Positions 1 to 8,054 of a stretch of 23,916 nucleotides of DNA are shown piece by piece. A program made the translations under genes and the position numbers. Under the pieces are notes generated by a model that did no database searches, was not told the origin of the DNA, and was given only the letters and a program-made list of their open reading frames with translations. This DNA comes from Breznakia blatticola. GTDB taxonomy: Bacteria > Bacillota_I > Bacilli_A > Erysipelotrichales > Erysipelotrichaceae. Every line of letters starts with the position of its first letter. The first letter of the stretch is position 1. The stretch lies in assembly GCF_004365815.1 (NCBI RefSeq), contig NZ_SODD01000039.1, positions 1-23,916 of the forward strand, read 5' to 3'.

Positions 1-25
1 ATACACTACAAAAAAGTGTGAAACT

Positions 26-69
26 AAAAATGGCTAAAACCTTATGAATAAAGGGCTTAGCCATTTTTT
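26..69 (-). terminator. Rho-independent terminator downstream of the CYTH gene (the hairpin can form on either strand)
   Basis: AAAAATGGCTAA (26-37) pairs with TTAGCCATTTTT (57-68), with inner CCTT (40-43) / AAGG (51-54) pairing. On the minus strand the hairpin is followed by TTTAGTTT. The CYTH stop codon (68-70) lies at the stem edge. Confidence 0.6.
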
Positions 70-661
70 ATGCTTTTTTAACTTCTAAAGTCAAGTTTTG
101 AATTAAAAAATCAAGACCTTTGTTAGACAAAGCACGAACAATTTTCGCAGGGGCGTTTGATGTGTATGTCAGCCCCACTTTCGCAAGTATTTCATTGAAG
201 TTTGTTAGACCATCATGCGCTTGTGTATACTCATATTCAATTTCATAGTCTGTAACATCTCCATAGGTACTGATATCAAAACAAAGTTCGTAGCCATCTC
301 CCACATACATTGCGCGTTTTGTGGTTAATGTAGCAACAAGTTCAAAAGGTCCTTCTAGATGATATTTGTTTAGTACCTTTTGGATTTGCTTGTCTTCAAA
401 TACGGATGCATCAACAGTATCTACCATTTGTTCGTATTCAATTAAATCGTCTCCCTTAATTTCTTTAAGGGTAAAGAGGTTGGTTCCAGCACTTTCACGA
501 ATCCGCATCGCTCCTTTTTGTTTCATGATCTCATAGTTTTTGTTATCATAGTAATAATTCGTTTGCGTGATGAAGTCAATCTCTGGATAATTTGTGATCA
601 ACTGATCAAATTGCTCTTTTGTTACTAGAATTTTATATTCTTTTTCGATATGTGTTTTCAT
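68..661 (-). CDS. CYTH-domain protein (YjbK-like putative triphosphatase), 197 aa
   Basis: N-terminal HIEKEYKIL matches the ExExK signature that opens CYTH/triphosphate-tunnel proteins. Size and beta-rich pattern fit. Start moved from the ORF-track Met (718) to Met20 (661) because family members begin a few residues before ExExK. Adjacency to NAD kinase is a known Firmicute neighbourhood (yjbK...ppnK). Confidence 0.7.
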   Translation of the reverse strand: MKTHIEKEYKILVTKEQFDQLITNYPEIDFITQTNYYYDNKNYEIMKQKGAMRIRESAGTNLFTLKEIKGDDLIEYEQMVDTVDASVFEDKQIQKVLNKYHLEGPFELVATLTTKRAMYVGDGYELCFDISTYGDVTDYEIEYEYTQAHDGLTNFNEILAKVGLTYTSNAPAKIVRALSNKGLDFLIQNLTLEVKKA

Positions 662-667
662 AGCTAT

Positions 668-676
668 ATCATACCA
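668..676 (-). promoter_or_regulatory. Extended -10 promoter element TGgTATGAT for the CYTH gene
   Basis: Minus strand reads CTGTGGTATGATATAGCT-ATG. The -10 ends 6 nt before the ATG at 661 and there is no Shine-Dalgarno sequence between them. Confidence 0.4.
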
Positions 677-736
677 CAGATACTGACTTGCTTCATCAAA
701 TGGAATGCACATAACCATATCTTTTTAGGGTGGTTA

Positions 737-745
737 TGGTATGAT
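737..745 (+). promoter_or_regulatory. Extended -10 promoter element TGgTATGAT for nadK
   Basis: Plus strand TTATGGTATGATTAAT. The same 9-mer occurs on the opposite strand at 668-676. It lies about 55 nt upstream of the nadK ATG. Confidence 0.4.
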
Positions 746-799
746 TAATATGAACATACAGTACGAAACTGTGGGATGTCATAAAGAAAGGATCTGCTT

Positions 800-1573
800 A
801 TGAGAAAATTTTCTGTATTTGTAAAAAATGATGCGAAGTCACAAAATATTAAAACAAAAATAACAGAACGTTTGCTTGCACACAACTACGTTGTGGATGA
901 AGAGCAACCCGATTTAGTTGTTTGTGTTGGTGGTGATGGAACGATTTTAAGTGCAGTACACCATTATCTTCATCAATTAGAGTCCATTGAGTTTGTGGCA
1001 ATCCATACAGGTACATTAGGTTTCTTTACCGATTACACGGAAAATGAGGTAGACCGTTGTATCCAAGATATTATTGATGACAATGTTTATGAGGTATTTA
1101 GTTCCTATTTACTAGAAGCCAATGTTAATGATTATACGGTATATGCGCTAAATGAAATTCGAGTTGAGAATATTCTACGTACACAAGTATTGGATATTTA
1201 TATTGATGATGAATTCTTTGAAACGTTTAAAGGTAATGGAATGTGTCTAAGTACACAAGCAGGATCAACAGCATATAACCGTTCTTTGGATGGTGCTGTA
1301 ATTGATAGCGGGATACGTGTAATGCAATTAACAGAAATTGCTGGTATTCAAGATAGTAAACATCGTTCCTTACGTGTGCCATACTTACTACAAGAAAACC
1401 GTAAGGTTACTTTTGTTGGCGATGACTTCACAAATAGTTTCATTTGCTACGACCATAAAAACCTATCTTTAGATAATGTCTCACGCATTGAATGTAAGAT
1501 GAGTAACAAGCGTGTGAAATTCGTACGTTATCGTAAATACAGTTATTTGGATCGAGTACGTAATTTATATTAG
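800..1573 (+). CDS. nadK: NAD kinase, 257 aa
   Basis: GGDGT motif (VVCVGGDGTIL), the NE..R motif (ALNEIRVEN) and STQAGSTAYNRS are typical of NAD kinases. RBS AAAGGA lies 8 nt upstream. Confidence 0.9.
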   Translation: MRKFSVFVKNDAKSQNIKTKITERLLAHNYVVDEEQPDLVVCVGGDGTILSAVHHYLHQLESIEFVAIHTGTLGFFTDYTENEVDRCIQDIIDDNVYEVFSSYLLEANVNDYTVYALNEIRVENILRTQVLDIYIDDEFFETFKGNGMCLSTQAGSTAYNRSLDGAVIDSGIRVMQLTEIAGIQDSKHRSLRVPYLLQENRKVTFVGDDFTNSFICYDHKNLSLDNVSRIECKMSNKRVKFVRYRKYSYLDRVRNLY

Positions 1574-1594
1574 CAACTTCGGTTGCTTTTTTTG
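1572..1594 (+). terminator. Rho-independent terminator of nadK
   Basis: AGCAAC-TTCG-GTTGCT hairpin directly after the stop codon, followed by a T7 run. Confidence 0.8.
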
Positions 1595-1674
1595 TTTGTG
1601 AAAGAAAACAAAAACTTTACATTTTCCTGAAAGAAAAAAGATGCTTTTCAAGAAAAAAGTTGTTGTATATGTAC

Positions 1675-1680
1675 TATAAT
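1675..1680 (+). promoter_or_regulatory. Candidate -10 box (TATAAT) of the nrdDG promoter
   Basis: Perfect TATAAT 35 nt upstream of the nrdD ATG. No good -35 hexamer at 16-18 nt spacing, so the call is weak. Confidence 0.3.
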
Positions 1681-1714
1681 ATTGGTACGGAAGTCGTAAA
1701 TGGGAGGCATACAT

Positions 1715-4066
1715 ATGATTGAAAATATTCAAAAAAGAGATGGACGAATTATTGCATTTGTACCTGAAAAGATTACAAGAGCAATTTACTTAGCAGCAAG
1801 TGCTGTGGCTAAAGAAGATGGGACAGAAGCAGATTACGAACAAGCAGAACGCTTAACTGATCAAGTAACTGGATATTTGAACAGTGTGTATCACAATACC
1901 ACACCAACTGTGGAGCAAGTGCAAGATGCAGTTGTGCGTGTATTGATTGAAACAAACCACACAAGAACTAGTGAAGCGTATATTATTTACCGTTCTGAAC
2001 GTAGTCGTATTCGTAACTTACGTACACGCTTAATGAAATCAATTGAAGAGATTACATATAGTGACGCAGAAGATAGCGATATGAAACGTGACAATGCTAA
2101 CATCGATGGAAATACAGCCATGGGAACGATGTTGCAATATGGTAGTGCAGTAAGTAAAGAATTCTGTTTGTCACAAGTGATTAATCCAAAATATGCAAGA
2201 ATGCATGAAGCTGGAGATATTCATATTCATGATTTAGATTTTATGAATATGGGAACGTTAACTTGTTGCCAAATTGACTTGGATAAATTATTCCATGGTG
2301 GATTTTCAACAGGTCATGGATTCTTACGTGAACCACAAGATATTTCAAGTTATGCAGCATTGGCAGCAATTGCAATTCAAAGTAACCAAAATGATCAACA
2401 TGGTGGACAAAGTATTCCAGCATTTGATTACTACTTAGCTAAAGGTGTGGCAAAAACATTTAGAAAACGCTACAACCATAACTTACAAATTGCTGTAAAA
2501 CTATTATTGAATAGTGATAAAAATATTAAAGAAGATTTAGAAAACATTGAAAAGCAAACAGGTAAATTACCAAGCTTGGATATGGATTATGATTATGCAG
2601 ATGCATTAAAAGCATATTTAAAATCAACATTTGCAATCGATGATGCAATGGTTGAAAAGATTACGACATATACATATAACGAAGCGCGTGAAGAAACGGA
2701 TAAAGCAACTTACCAAGCAATGGAAGGATTTATCCATAACTTAAACACGATGCATTCAAGAGCTGGTGCACAAGTACCATTCTCTAGTATTAACTTTGGT
2801 ACAGATACTTCAATTGAAGGAAGAATCTTGATGAAGAACTTATTGCTTGTACAAGAAGCAGGTTTAGGAAATGGAGAAACTCCGATTTTCCCAATTCTTA
2901 TCTTCAAAGTAAAAGAAGGTGTAAACTATAACCCACAAGACCCTAACTATGATTTATTCCAATTAGCGATTCGTGTAAGTGCAAAACGCTTATTCCCGAA
3001 CTTTGTCTTTGTGGATGCACCATTTAACCTTCAATACTATGATCCAAATGATTTCAAAAGTGAAATTGCGACAATGGGATGTCGTACCCGTGTCATTAGT
3101 AATGTAAATGGAGAAAACACACCAGTAGGTCGTGGAAACAACTCATTTACTACCATCAACTTACCTCGTTTGGGAATTAAACATGGAGTCGTTGGTGAAA
3201 AAGGTTTCTTCGATCGCAGTGCATTTTTCCAAGAACTAGATGAAGAACTTGAAACGGTAATTTCTCAATTATTAGAAAGAGCAATGATTCAAGGAAATAA
3301 GAAAGTGAAAAACTTCCCATTCTTAATGGGACAAGGTGTGTGGATTGATTCTGAGAAATTAGACTGGAATGACACACTTGAAGAAATGGTAAAACAAGGT
3401 ACACTTTCGATTGGGTTTATTGGACTTGCTGAATGTTTAGTCGCTTTAATTGGTGAACACCATGGAGAAAGTGAAGAAGCACAAGAGCTTGGTTTAGAAA
3501 TTATTGGTTACATGCGTACTAAATGTGATGAAGCATGTAAAAAATATGGACAAAACTTTGGGGTTATTGCGACTCCTGCTGAAGGATTGTCTGGACGTTT
3601 TACACGTATTGATCGTAAAAAATATGGAAATATTCGTGGGGTAACAGACCGTGATTACTATACGAACTCAAACCACGTTCCTGTATATTACCCAATTAGT
3701 GCGCAAGAAAAAATTGCAATTGAAGCACCTTACCATGAACTTACAAATGCAGGACATATTGCATATGTAGAACTTGATGGAGATCCAGTGAAAAACTTAG
3801 CAGCATTTGAACGTGTAGTTCGCCATATGAAAGAAAGCGGTATTGGATACGGAAGTATTAACCACCCAGTGGACCGTGATACAGTTTGTGGATTCTCTGG
3901 TGTGATTGACGGACACATCTGTCCAAAATGTGGACGTGATGAAAGCACAAGTTCGATTAAATTCGACCGTATTCGTCGTATCACAGGATACTTGGTAGGA
4001 ACGCTTGATCGTTTCAATGATGGTAAAAAAGCTGAGGAAAAAGACCGCGTTAAACACAATGTCTAA
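1715..4066 (+). CDS. nrdD: Anaerobic ribonucleoside-triphosphate reductase (class III RNR), 783 aa
   Basis: N-terminal ATP-cone-like segment (IQKRDGRIIAFVPEKITRAI), C-terminal Zn cysteines (CGFSGVIDGHICPKCG) and the glycyl-radical motif RRITGYLVG. Start placed at 1715 because GGGAGG lies 6 nt upstream and the ORF-track ATG at 1700 runs into that RBS. It is followed by nrdG. Confidence 0.95.
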   Translation: MIENIQKRDGRIIAFVPEKITRAIYLAASAVAKEDGTEADYEQAERLTDQVTGYLNSVYHNTTPTVEQVQDAVVRVLIETNHTRTSEAYIIYRSERSRIRNLRTRLMKSIEEITYSDAEDSDMKRDNANIDGNTAMGTMLQYGSAVSKEFCLSQVINPKYARMHEAGDIHIHDLDFMNMGTLTCCQIDLDKLFHGGFSTGHGFLREPQDISSYAALAAIAIQSNQNDQHGGQSIPAFDYYLAKGVAKTFRKRYNHNLQIAVKLLLNSDKNIKEDLENIEKQTGKLPSLDMDYDYADALKAYLKSTFAIDDAMVEKITTYTYNEAREETDKATYQAMEGFIHNLNTMHSRAGAQVPFSSINFGTDTSIEGRILMKNLLLVQEAGLGNGETPIFPILIFKVKEGVNYNPQDPNYDLFQLAIRVSAKRLFPNFVFVDAPFNLQYYDPNDFKSEIATMGCRTRVISNVNGENTPVGRGNNSFTTINLPRLGIKHGVVGEKGFFDRSAFFQELDEELETVISQLLERAMIQGNKKVKNFPFLMGQGVWIDSEKLDWNDTLEEMVKQGTLSIGFIGLAECLVALIGEHHGESEEAQELGLEIIGYMRTKCDEACKKYGQNFGVIATPAEGLSGRFTRIDRKKYGNIRGVTDRDYYTNSNHVPVYYPISAQEKIAIEAPYHELTNAGHIAYVELDGDPVKNLAAFERVVRHMKESGIGYGSINHPVDRDTVCGFSGVIDGHICPKCGRDESTSSIKFDRIRRITGYLVGTLDRFNDGKKAEEKDRVKHNV

Positions 4067-4577
4067 ACAAATACGACTTGCTGCTCCTTTACAATTTGAT
4101 AGCATTGTAGATGGACCTGGGTTACGCGTTGTCTTATGGACACAAGGGTGTCCGCATGGTTGTCCTGGTTGTCATAATCCAGAAACATGGGATGCAAAAG
4201 CCGGAGAACTCTATGATGTTGATGCACTTGTAAAAGCAATCAAAGCAAATCAACTACAAGAGGGTCTTACCTTATCAGGAGGAGAACCTTTTGATCAAGC
4301 AGATGCACTTATTGATATTGTTAGGCAAGTTAGAAATGAGAGTTTCAATGTTTGGGCATATAGCGGATATACTTATGAACAGTTATTAGCTACTGAAAGC
4401 AAGTATGACTTGCTTAAGGAAATCGATGTACTTGTCGATGGAAAATTTATACAATCGCTATGTGCCTATACATTGTTATACAAAGGTTCAAGTAATCAAC
4501 GTATTATTGATGTACAAGCATCGCTTAAAGCAAATGAAATTGTTTTATGGAAAGATCCATACATCATCAATATATAA
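4059..4577 (+). CDS. nrdG: Anaerobic RNR activating protein (radical SAM), 172 aa
   Basis: CPHGCPGC (CX3CX2C) radical-SAM cluster motif near the N-terminus, GGEP motif, small size. ATG at 4059 overlaps the nrdD stop by 8 nt (ATGTCTAA). The ORF-track start at 4005 would lie deep inside nrdD. Confidence 0.9.
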   Translation: MSKQIRLAAPLQFDSIVDGPGLRVVLWTQGCPHGCPGCHNPETWDAKAGELYDVDALVKAIKANQLQEGLTLSGGEPFDQADALIDIVRQVRNESFNVWAYSGYTYEQLLATESKYDLLKEIDVLVDGKFIQSLCAYTLLYKGSSNQRIIDVQASLKANEIVLWKDPYIINI

Positions 4578-4579
4578 AG

Positions 4580-4624
4580 AAAATCCAACGGACAAGTTAT
4601 GAGGCTTGTATCGTTGGATTTTTT
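4580..4624. terminator. Bidirectional terminator between the convergent nrdG and histidine kinase genes
   Basis: AAAATCCAACG (4580-4590) pairs with CGTTGGATTTT (4612-4622), with inner ACAAG/CTTGT pairing. A-run and T-run flanks. The 3' arm overlaps the last codons of the kinase gene. Confidence 0.7.
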
Positions 4625-5910
4625 AATGCTTTAGGTGCAACACCAGTAGCACGTAAAATTTGCTTATCTTTGTCGTAATCGAATTGTAGATATCCACCAT
4701 GTGCTTCCATAATCTCATCAGCTAATACGTAATCAGGTTGAACATTTGGATTATCGCTTAGTTCGACATCATCTGCACTTAATTCAAAGTTCATTACATA
4801 CCAGTATTCACTATTTTGATCATGAATACGTAATGCTTTTTCTTTTGTGTTACTCGACATGATTTTATCAATGCTCATATTTAAGAAAGTTGCTACACAA
4901 AAGCAAAGTTCATCTTCACTAAAATCGATATCTTTTGGGATGTTTAGTGAACAATCAAAGGTGATTCCATGTTGCTCACAAACCTCTGATGTTTCAGAAA
5001 TAATAGAGTCAATTAACAAGTCATTTGAATATTGATGATAGTTTGCATCAATAGAATCATATTGTTCTTGCAGACGTGCAAGTAATTGCTCATGATCTAA
5101 ATTCTCACTATTTTCAGTAAGCTCATATAATAACCAGTGATAATCATGTTTAACTTTACGTAAAGAACGAATATAATCAACATTCTTCTTATAGTGAACT
5201 TTTTGGGTATCAATTAAATGTAATAAGCGATTGTTATCTCGTGCACTTTCCATATAGGAAATGTTGTTGTATTGATATAAAAAGATCCAAATATATGTTG
5301 AAAATAATAGCAAGGCAATCGTCAAGTGATAGATTGGAATAAAGATATCATTATCGTCTACTTGATATATTGCAGTTGAACAAAGTAGGATCACTCCATA
5401 AATTAATAATAGTGTAGTTAGTATTTCTCTAAGTTTCTTATAGTGTGACATTCGAAAAATGTTAAACTCGCGCAAGAGATGATTAACGAATGCATACATA
5501 AAGATACTGATAATCGGTGAACTGAAAAATGGTATCGGTTTGCTTGCTACGTCTCGATAGAAAATCGAGTAGAAAGAAGCACCAGTCACAATGGCGTTCA
5601 ATGAAGAAATAATACACTGTGTAAATACATAAATAAGAACATACTCCGTGGTAAAAAACAAGCGACCCCAGAGCGGTGTTTTTAATAAGGCAAAAATTAA
5701 GATGTATATCACAATAAACGAAATGAGTATTTGCACTGGATAGTCAAATTGGAACTCAAAGAATAACGTTGCTGGATATACTAGCAGGATGGCTGCATAG
5801 TAGATAGGTAGACTGACTCGTCGTGGATATACGCGTTGCATACAATGAAAGGCATATAAGCAATACACAATCCACATGATAATCACAACACCCTGTTTTT
5901 CTAAACTCAT
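4597..5910 (-). CDS. Membrane sensor histidine kinase, AgrC-like (HPK10 / GHKL HATPase_c_5 type), 437 aa
   Basis: About six hydrophobic helices in the first ~210 aa. H-box-like LRKVKHDYHWLL (HDY as in AgrC-type kinases). C-terminal ATPase-like region with an N-box-like FLNMSIDK. ATGA overlap with the upstream LytTR regulator gene. Confidence 0.75.
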   Translation of the reverse strand: MSLEKQGVVIIMWIVYCLYAFHCMQRVYPRRVSLPIYYAAILLVYPATLFFEFQFDYPVQILISFIVIYILIFALLKTPLWGRLFFTTEYVLIYVFTQCIISSLNAIVTGASFYSIFYRDVASKPIPFFSSPIISIFMYAFVNHLLREFNIFRMSHYKKLREILTTLLLIYGVILLCSTAIYQVDDNDIFIPIYHLTIALLLFSTYIWIFLYQYNNISYMESARDNNRLLHLIDTQKVHYKKNVDYIRSLRKVKHDYHWLLYELTENSENLDHEQLLARLQEQYDSIDANYHQYSNDLLIDSIISETSEVCEQHGITFDCSLNIPKDIDFSEDELCFCVATFLNMSIDKIMSSNTKEKALRIHDQNSEYWYVMNFELSADDVELSDNPNVQPDYVLADEIMEAHGGYLQFDYDKDKQILRATGVAPKALKNPTIQAS

Positions 5911-6632
5911 GCTTTACCTCTTTTGTTTAAATAATCTGTAAATGCACCGCGACTATTTGCATAATATGATTTTCCAATCGGTATTTCTTTTCCATTACGC
6001 AAGGTAATCATCGTTGGAGAAAACCGAATGATGTGTTTCATATTTACGATAAATGAACGATGCACACGTAAGAAGCTATCCATTGGTAAAGCTTCCTCTA
6101 GATCTTGCATCTTCCCATAAAAATCGTCGACTCCATGTGTCGTGTCAATGATAGTAACTCGACCATTGATTTCAAATGAATAAATATCATTTGTGTCCAC
6201 AAAGTGATCACTTCCACGTTTTTTATATGTAAATTGCGGTGACCGCGTATTTCGTAATTCAATCGCTTTTAATAATGCATCTTCTAGCTTTCCACTATAA
6301 AATGTATCTTTTGTAATGTAATGAAGTGGCATGGTATCAAATGCTTCAAAGACATGGTCCTTGCTTGATGTAATAAAGATGATCTGGGCATCTGAGCCCA
6401 TATTACGTATTTTCTTAGCCAGCTCGATCCCACTCATGTCTGGTAAATATACATCCAATAAAAAGATATCAACTTCTTTTAAATGATCCGCAAGAAAAAA
6501 CAACAATTCTTCTGCGGTTTTAAACGTCGATAATTGCATCATTACATTATGTTTTTTATCAAAGTCTTCGAGAAATTCAACTTCTCTTTCTCTTGTTCTT
6601 TGATTGTCCTCACACAAACAAATTTCAATCAT
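5907..6632 (-). CDS. Response regulator, receiver + LytTR DNA-binding domain, 241 aa
   Basis: Receiver motifs (CEDN acidic pair, FLLDVYLPDMSG phospho-Asp, FITSS) and a LytTR domain (FLRVHRSFIVNMKHI). RBS GGGAG lies 7 nt upstream. Confidence 0.9.
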   Translation of the reverse strand: MIEICLCEDNQRTREREVEFLEDFDKKHNVMMQLSTFKTAEELLFFLADHLKEVDIFLLDVYLPDMSGIELAKKIRNMGSDAQIIFITSSKDHVFEAFDTMPLHYITKDTFYSGKLEDALLKAIELRNTRSPQFTYKKRGSDHFVDTNDIYSFEINGRVTIIDTTHGVDDFYGKMQDLEEALPMDSFLRVHRSFIVNMKHIIRFSPTMITLRNGKEIPIGKSYYANSRGAFTDYLNKRGKA

Positions 6633-6671
6633 AAACTTACTCCCTTTTGTTTCTCTACTTTACTTGCTTTC

Positions 6672-6700
6672 AGTTTACAACCTATTTTATAAATTGACAA
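6672..6700 (-). promoter_or_regulatory. Candidate sigma-A promoter of the LytTR-RR/HK operon
   Basis: Minus strand TTGTCA (6700-6695), 17 nt spacer, TAAACT (6677-6672), about 40 nt upstream of the RR start. Confidence 0.35.
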
Positions 6701-6756
6701 TTGATTGGAACTGTAAATATTTGTAAATTGTATATGTATTTGTTTCGTCTTATATT
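6694..6756 (+). promoter_or_regulatory. Candidate purD promoter region (two alternatives)
   Basis: TTGTAT (6728-6733), 17 nt, TATATT (6751-6756); or TTGACA (6694-6699), 17 nt, ATATTT (6717-6722). By eye there is no purine riboswitch in the leader. Confidence 0.35.
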
Positions 6757-6806
6757 GTGATTGTGAAGCAAATCAAGTAAAATAGAACCGATGAAGGAGA
6801 ATGATA

Positions 6807-8051
6807 ATGAAAGTACTAGTCATTGGAAAAGGTGGAAGAGAACACGCGATTGCAGATGCAGCACATCGTTCACGTCTTGTAGAAGAAGTATTCGTAGCTC
6901 CAGGAAGTTATGGAATGCGCAATGTTGCAACACAAGTGGATATTGCACAAGATGATTTTGAATCGTTGATTGAATTTGCAAAAGAAAATGAAATTGGATT
7001 AACAATTGTAGGTCCTGAAGATGCACTTGCAGCTGGAATTGTAGATGCATTTGAAGCAGCAGGATTGAAAATCTTTGGTCCAAGTAAAGCTGCAGCACAA
7101 GTGGAAGCAAGTAAAGACTTTGCGAAAAAGTTGATGAAGAAATACAATATTCCAACTGCTGCTTACCAAACATTTACAACAAAAGATGAAGCAGTTACTT
7201 ATGTGCGCCAACAAGGTGTGCCAATTGTGATTAAAGAGGATGGTTTAAAAGCAGGAAAAGGTGTGACGGTTGCCACAACGATGGAAATGGCACTTGAAGC
7301 ACTCGATATTGCCTTTGATATTCCAGGTAACCAAGTGGTTATTGAAGAATGTTTGGAAGGATTTGAGTTCTCACTCATGAGTTTTGTTTGCAATGATATT
7401 GTGATTCCAATGGAAATCTCGCAAGATCATAAACGTGCATATGATAATGATGAAGGTCCAAACACTGGTGGAATGGGTATTTATTCACCAGTACGTAAAA
7501 TTACACCTGAAATTGTTGCACAAGCAATGCAAGAGATTATGGTTCCAATGGCAAAAGGTATGAAAGAAGAAGGCGTACCGTTTACTGGATTTTTATATGG
7601 GGGATTGATGCTAACAGATGATGGCATCAAAACCATTGAATTTAACGCTCGCTTTGGAGATCCTGAAGCGGAAGTTATATTACCAAGATTACGTAGTGAC
7701 TTCATTGAAGTAATTACCAATATCATGGATCAAAAAGTGATGGATTTAGAATGGGATGACATGGTAACTCTTGGTGTGGTTATGGCTAGTGAAAACTATC
7801 CTGCCTCATCAACAAAAGGAGCTATTATTACTGGACTGGATGAAGTCGAAGGTTTGGTATATCACATGGGAAGTGCATACAAAGATGGAAACTTCGTGAC
7901 TGATGGTGGTCGTGTACTGATCGTTGTTGGTGTAGGAAGCACACTTGAAGAAGCTTATGATAAAGCGTATGCAGATGTGAAGAAAATCAAATGTGATAAA
8001 CTATTCTATCGCTCAGATATTGGAAAAAAAGATATGAAAGGAAATGCGTAA
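6807..8051 (+). CDS. purD: Phosphoribosylamine--glycine ligase, 414 aa
   Basis: MKVLVIGKGGREHA N-terminus, ATP-grasp core, and EFNARFGDPE are classic PurD. AAGGAGA RBS lies 6 nt before the ATG at 6807. The ATG at 6801 abuts the RBS. Confidence 0.95.
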   Translation: MKVLVIGKGGREHAIADAAHRSRLVEEVFVAPGSYGMRNVATQVDIAQDDFESLIEFAKENEIGLTIVGPEDALAAGIVDAFEAAGLKIFGPSKAAAQVEASKDFAKKLMKKYNIPTAAYQTFTTKDEAVTYVRQQGVPIVIKEDGLKAGKGVTVATTMEMALEALDIAFDIPGNQVVIEECLEGFEFSLMSFVCNDIVIPMEISQDHKRAYDNDEGPNTGGMGIYSPVRKITPEIVAQAMQEIMVPMAKGMKEEGVPFTGFLYGGLMLTDDGIKTIEFNARFGDPEAEVILPRLRSDFIEVITNIMDQKVMDLEWDDMVTLGVVMASENYPASSTKGAIITGLDEVEGLVYHMGSAYKDGNFVTDGGRVLIVVGVGSTLEEAYDKAYADVKKIKCDKLFYRSDIGKKDMKGNA

Positions 8052-8054
8052 ATT

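Noticed and set aside
3-19. Small hairpin ACACT-ACAAAAA-AGTGT at the extreme left edge
   Set aside because: It has only a 5-bp stem at the window boundary. It could belong to a neighbouring gene's terminator, which cannot be evaluated without upstream sequence.
2241-4105. Antisense ORFs of 60-109 aa inside nrdD (2241-2423, 2710-2907, 3177-3404, 3730-4059, 3797-4105)
   Set aside because: They lie entirely within a confidently identified gene on the opposite strand. Their composition is low-complexity or odd, they lack RBSs, and they have no recognisable motifs. They are typical shadow ORFs.
6633-6806. Purine riboswitch or PurR box upstream of purD
   Set aside because: I could not find the conserved purine-aptamer cores (UAUAAU...AUAUGG...CCGUAAA...ACUA) or a CCGAAC-type PurBox. 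The leader is only about 45-100 nt long and AT-rich. Cmscan would still be worthwhile.
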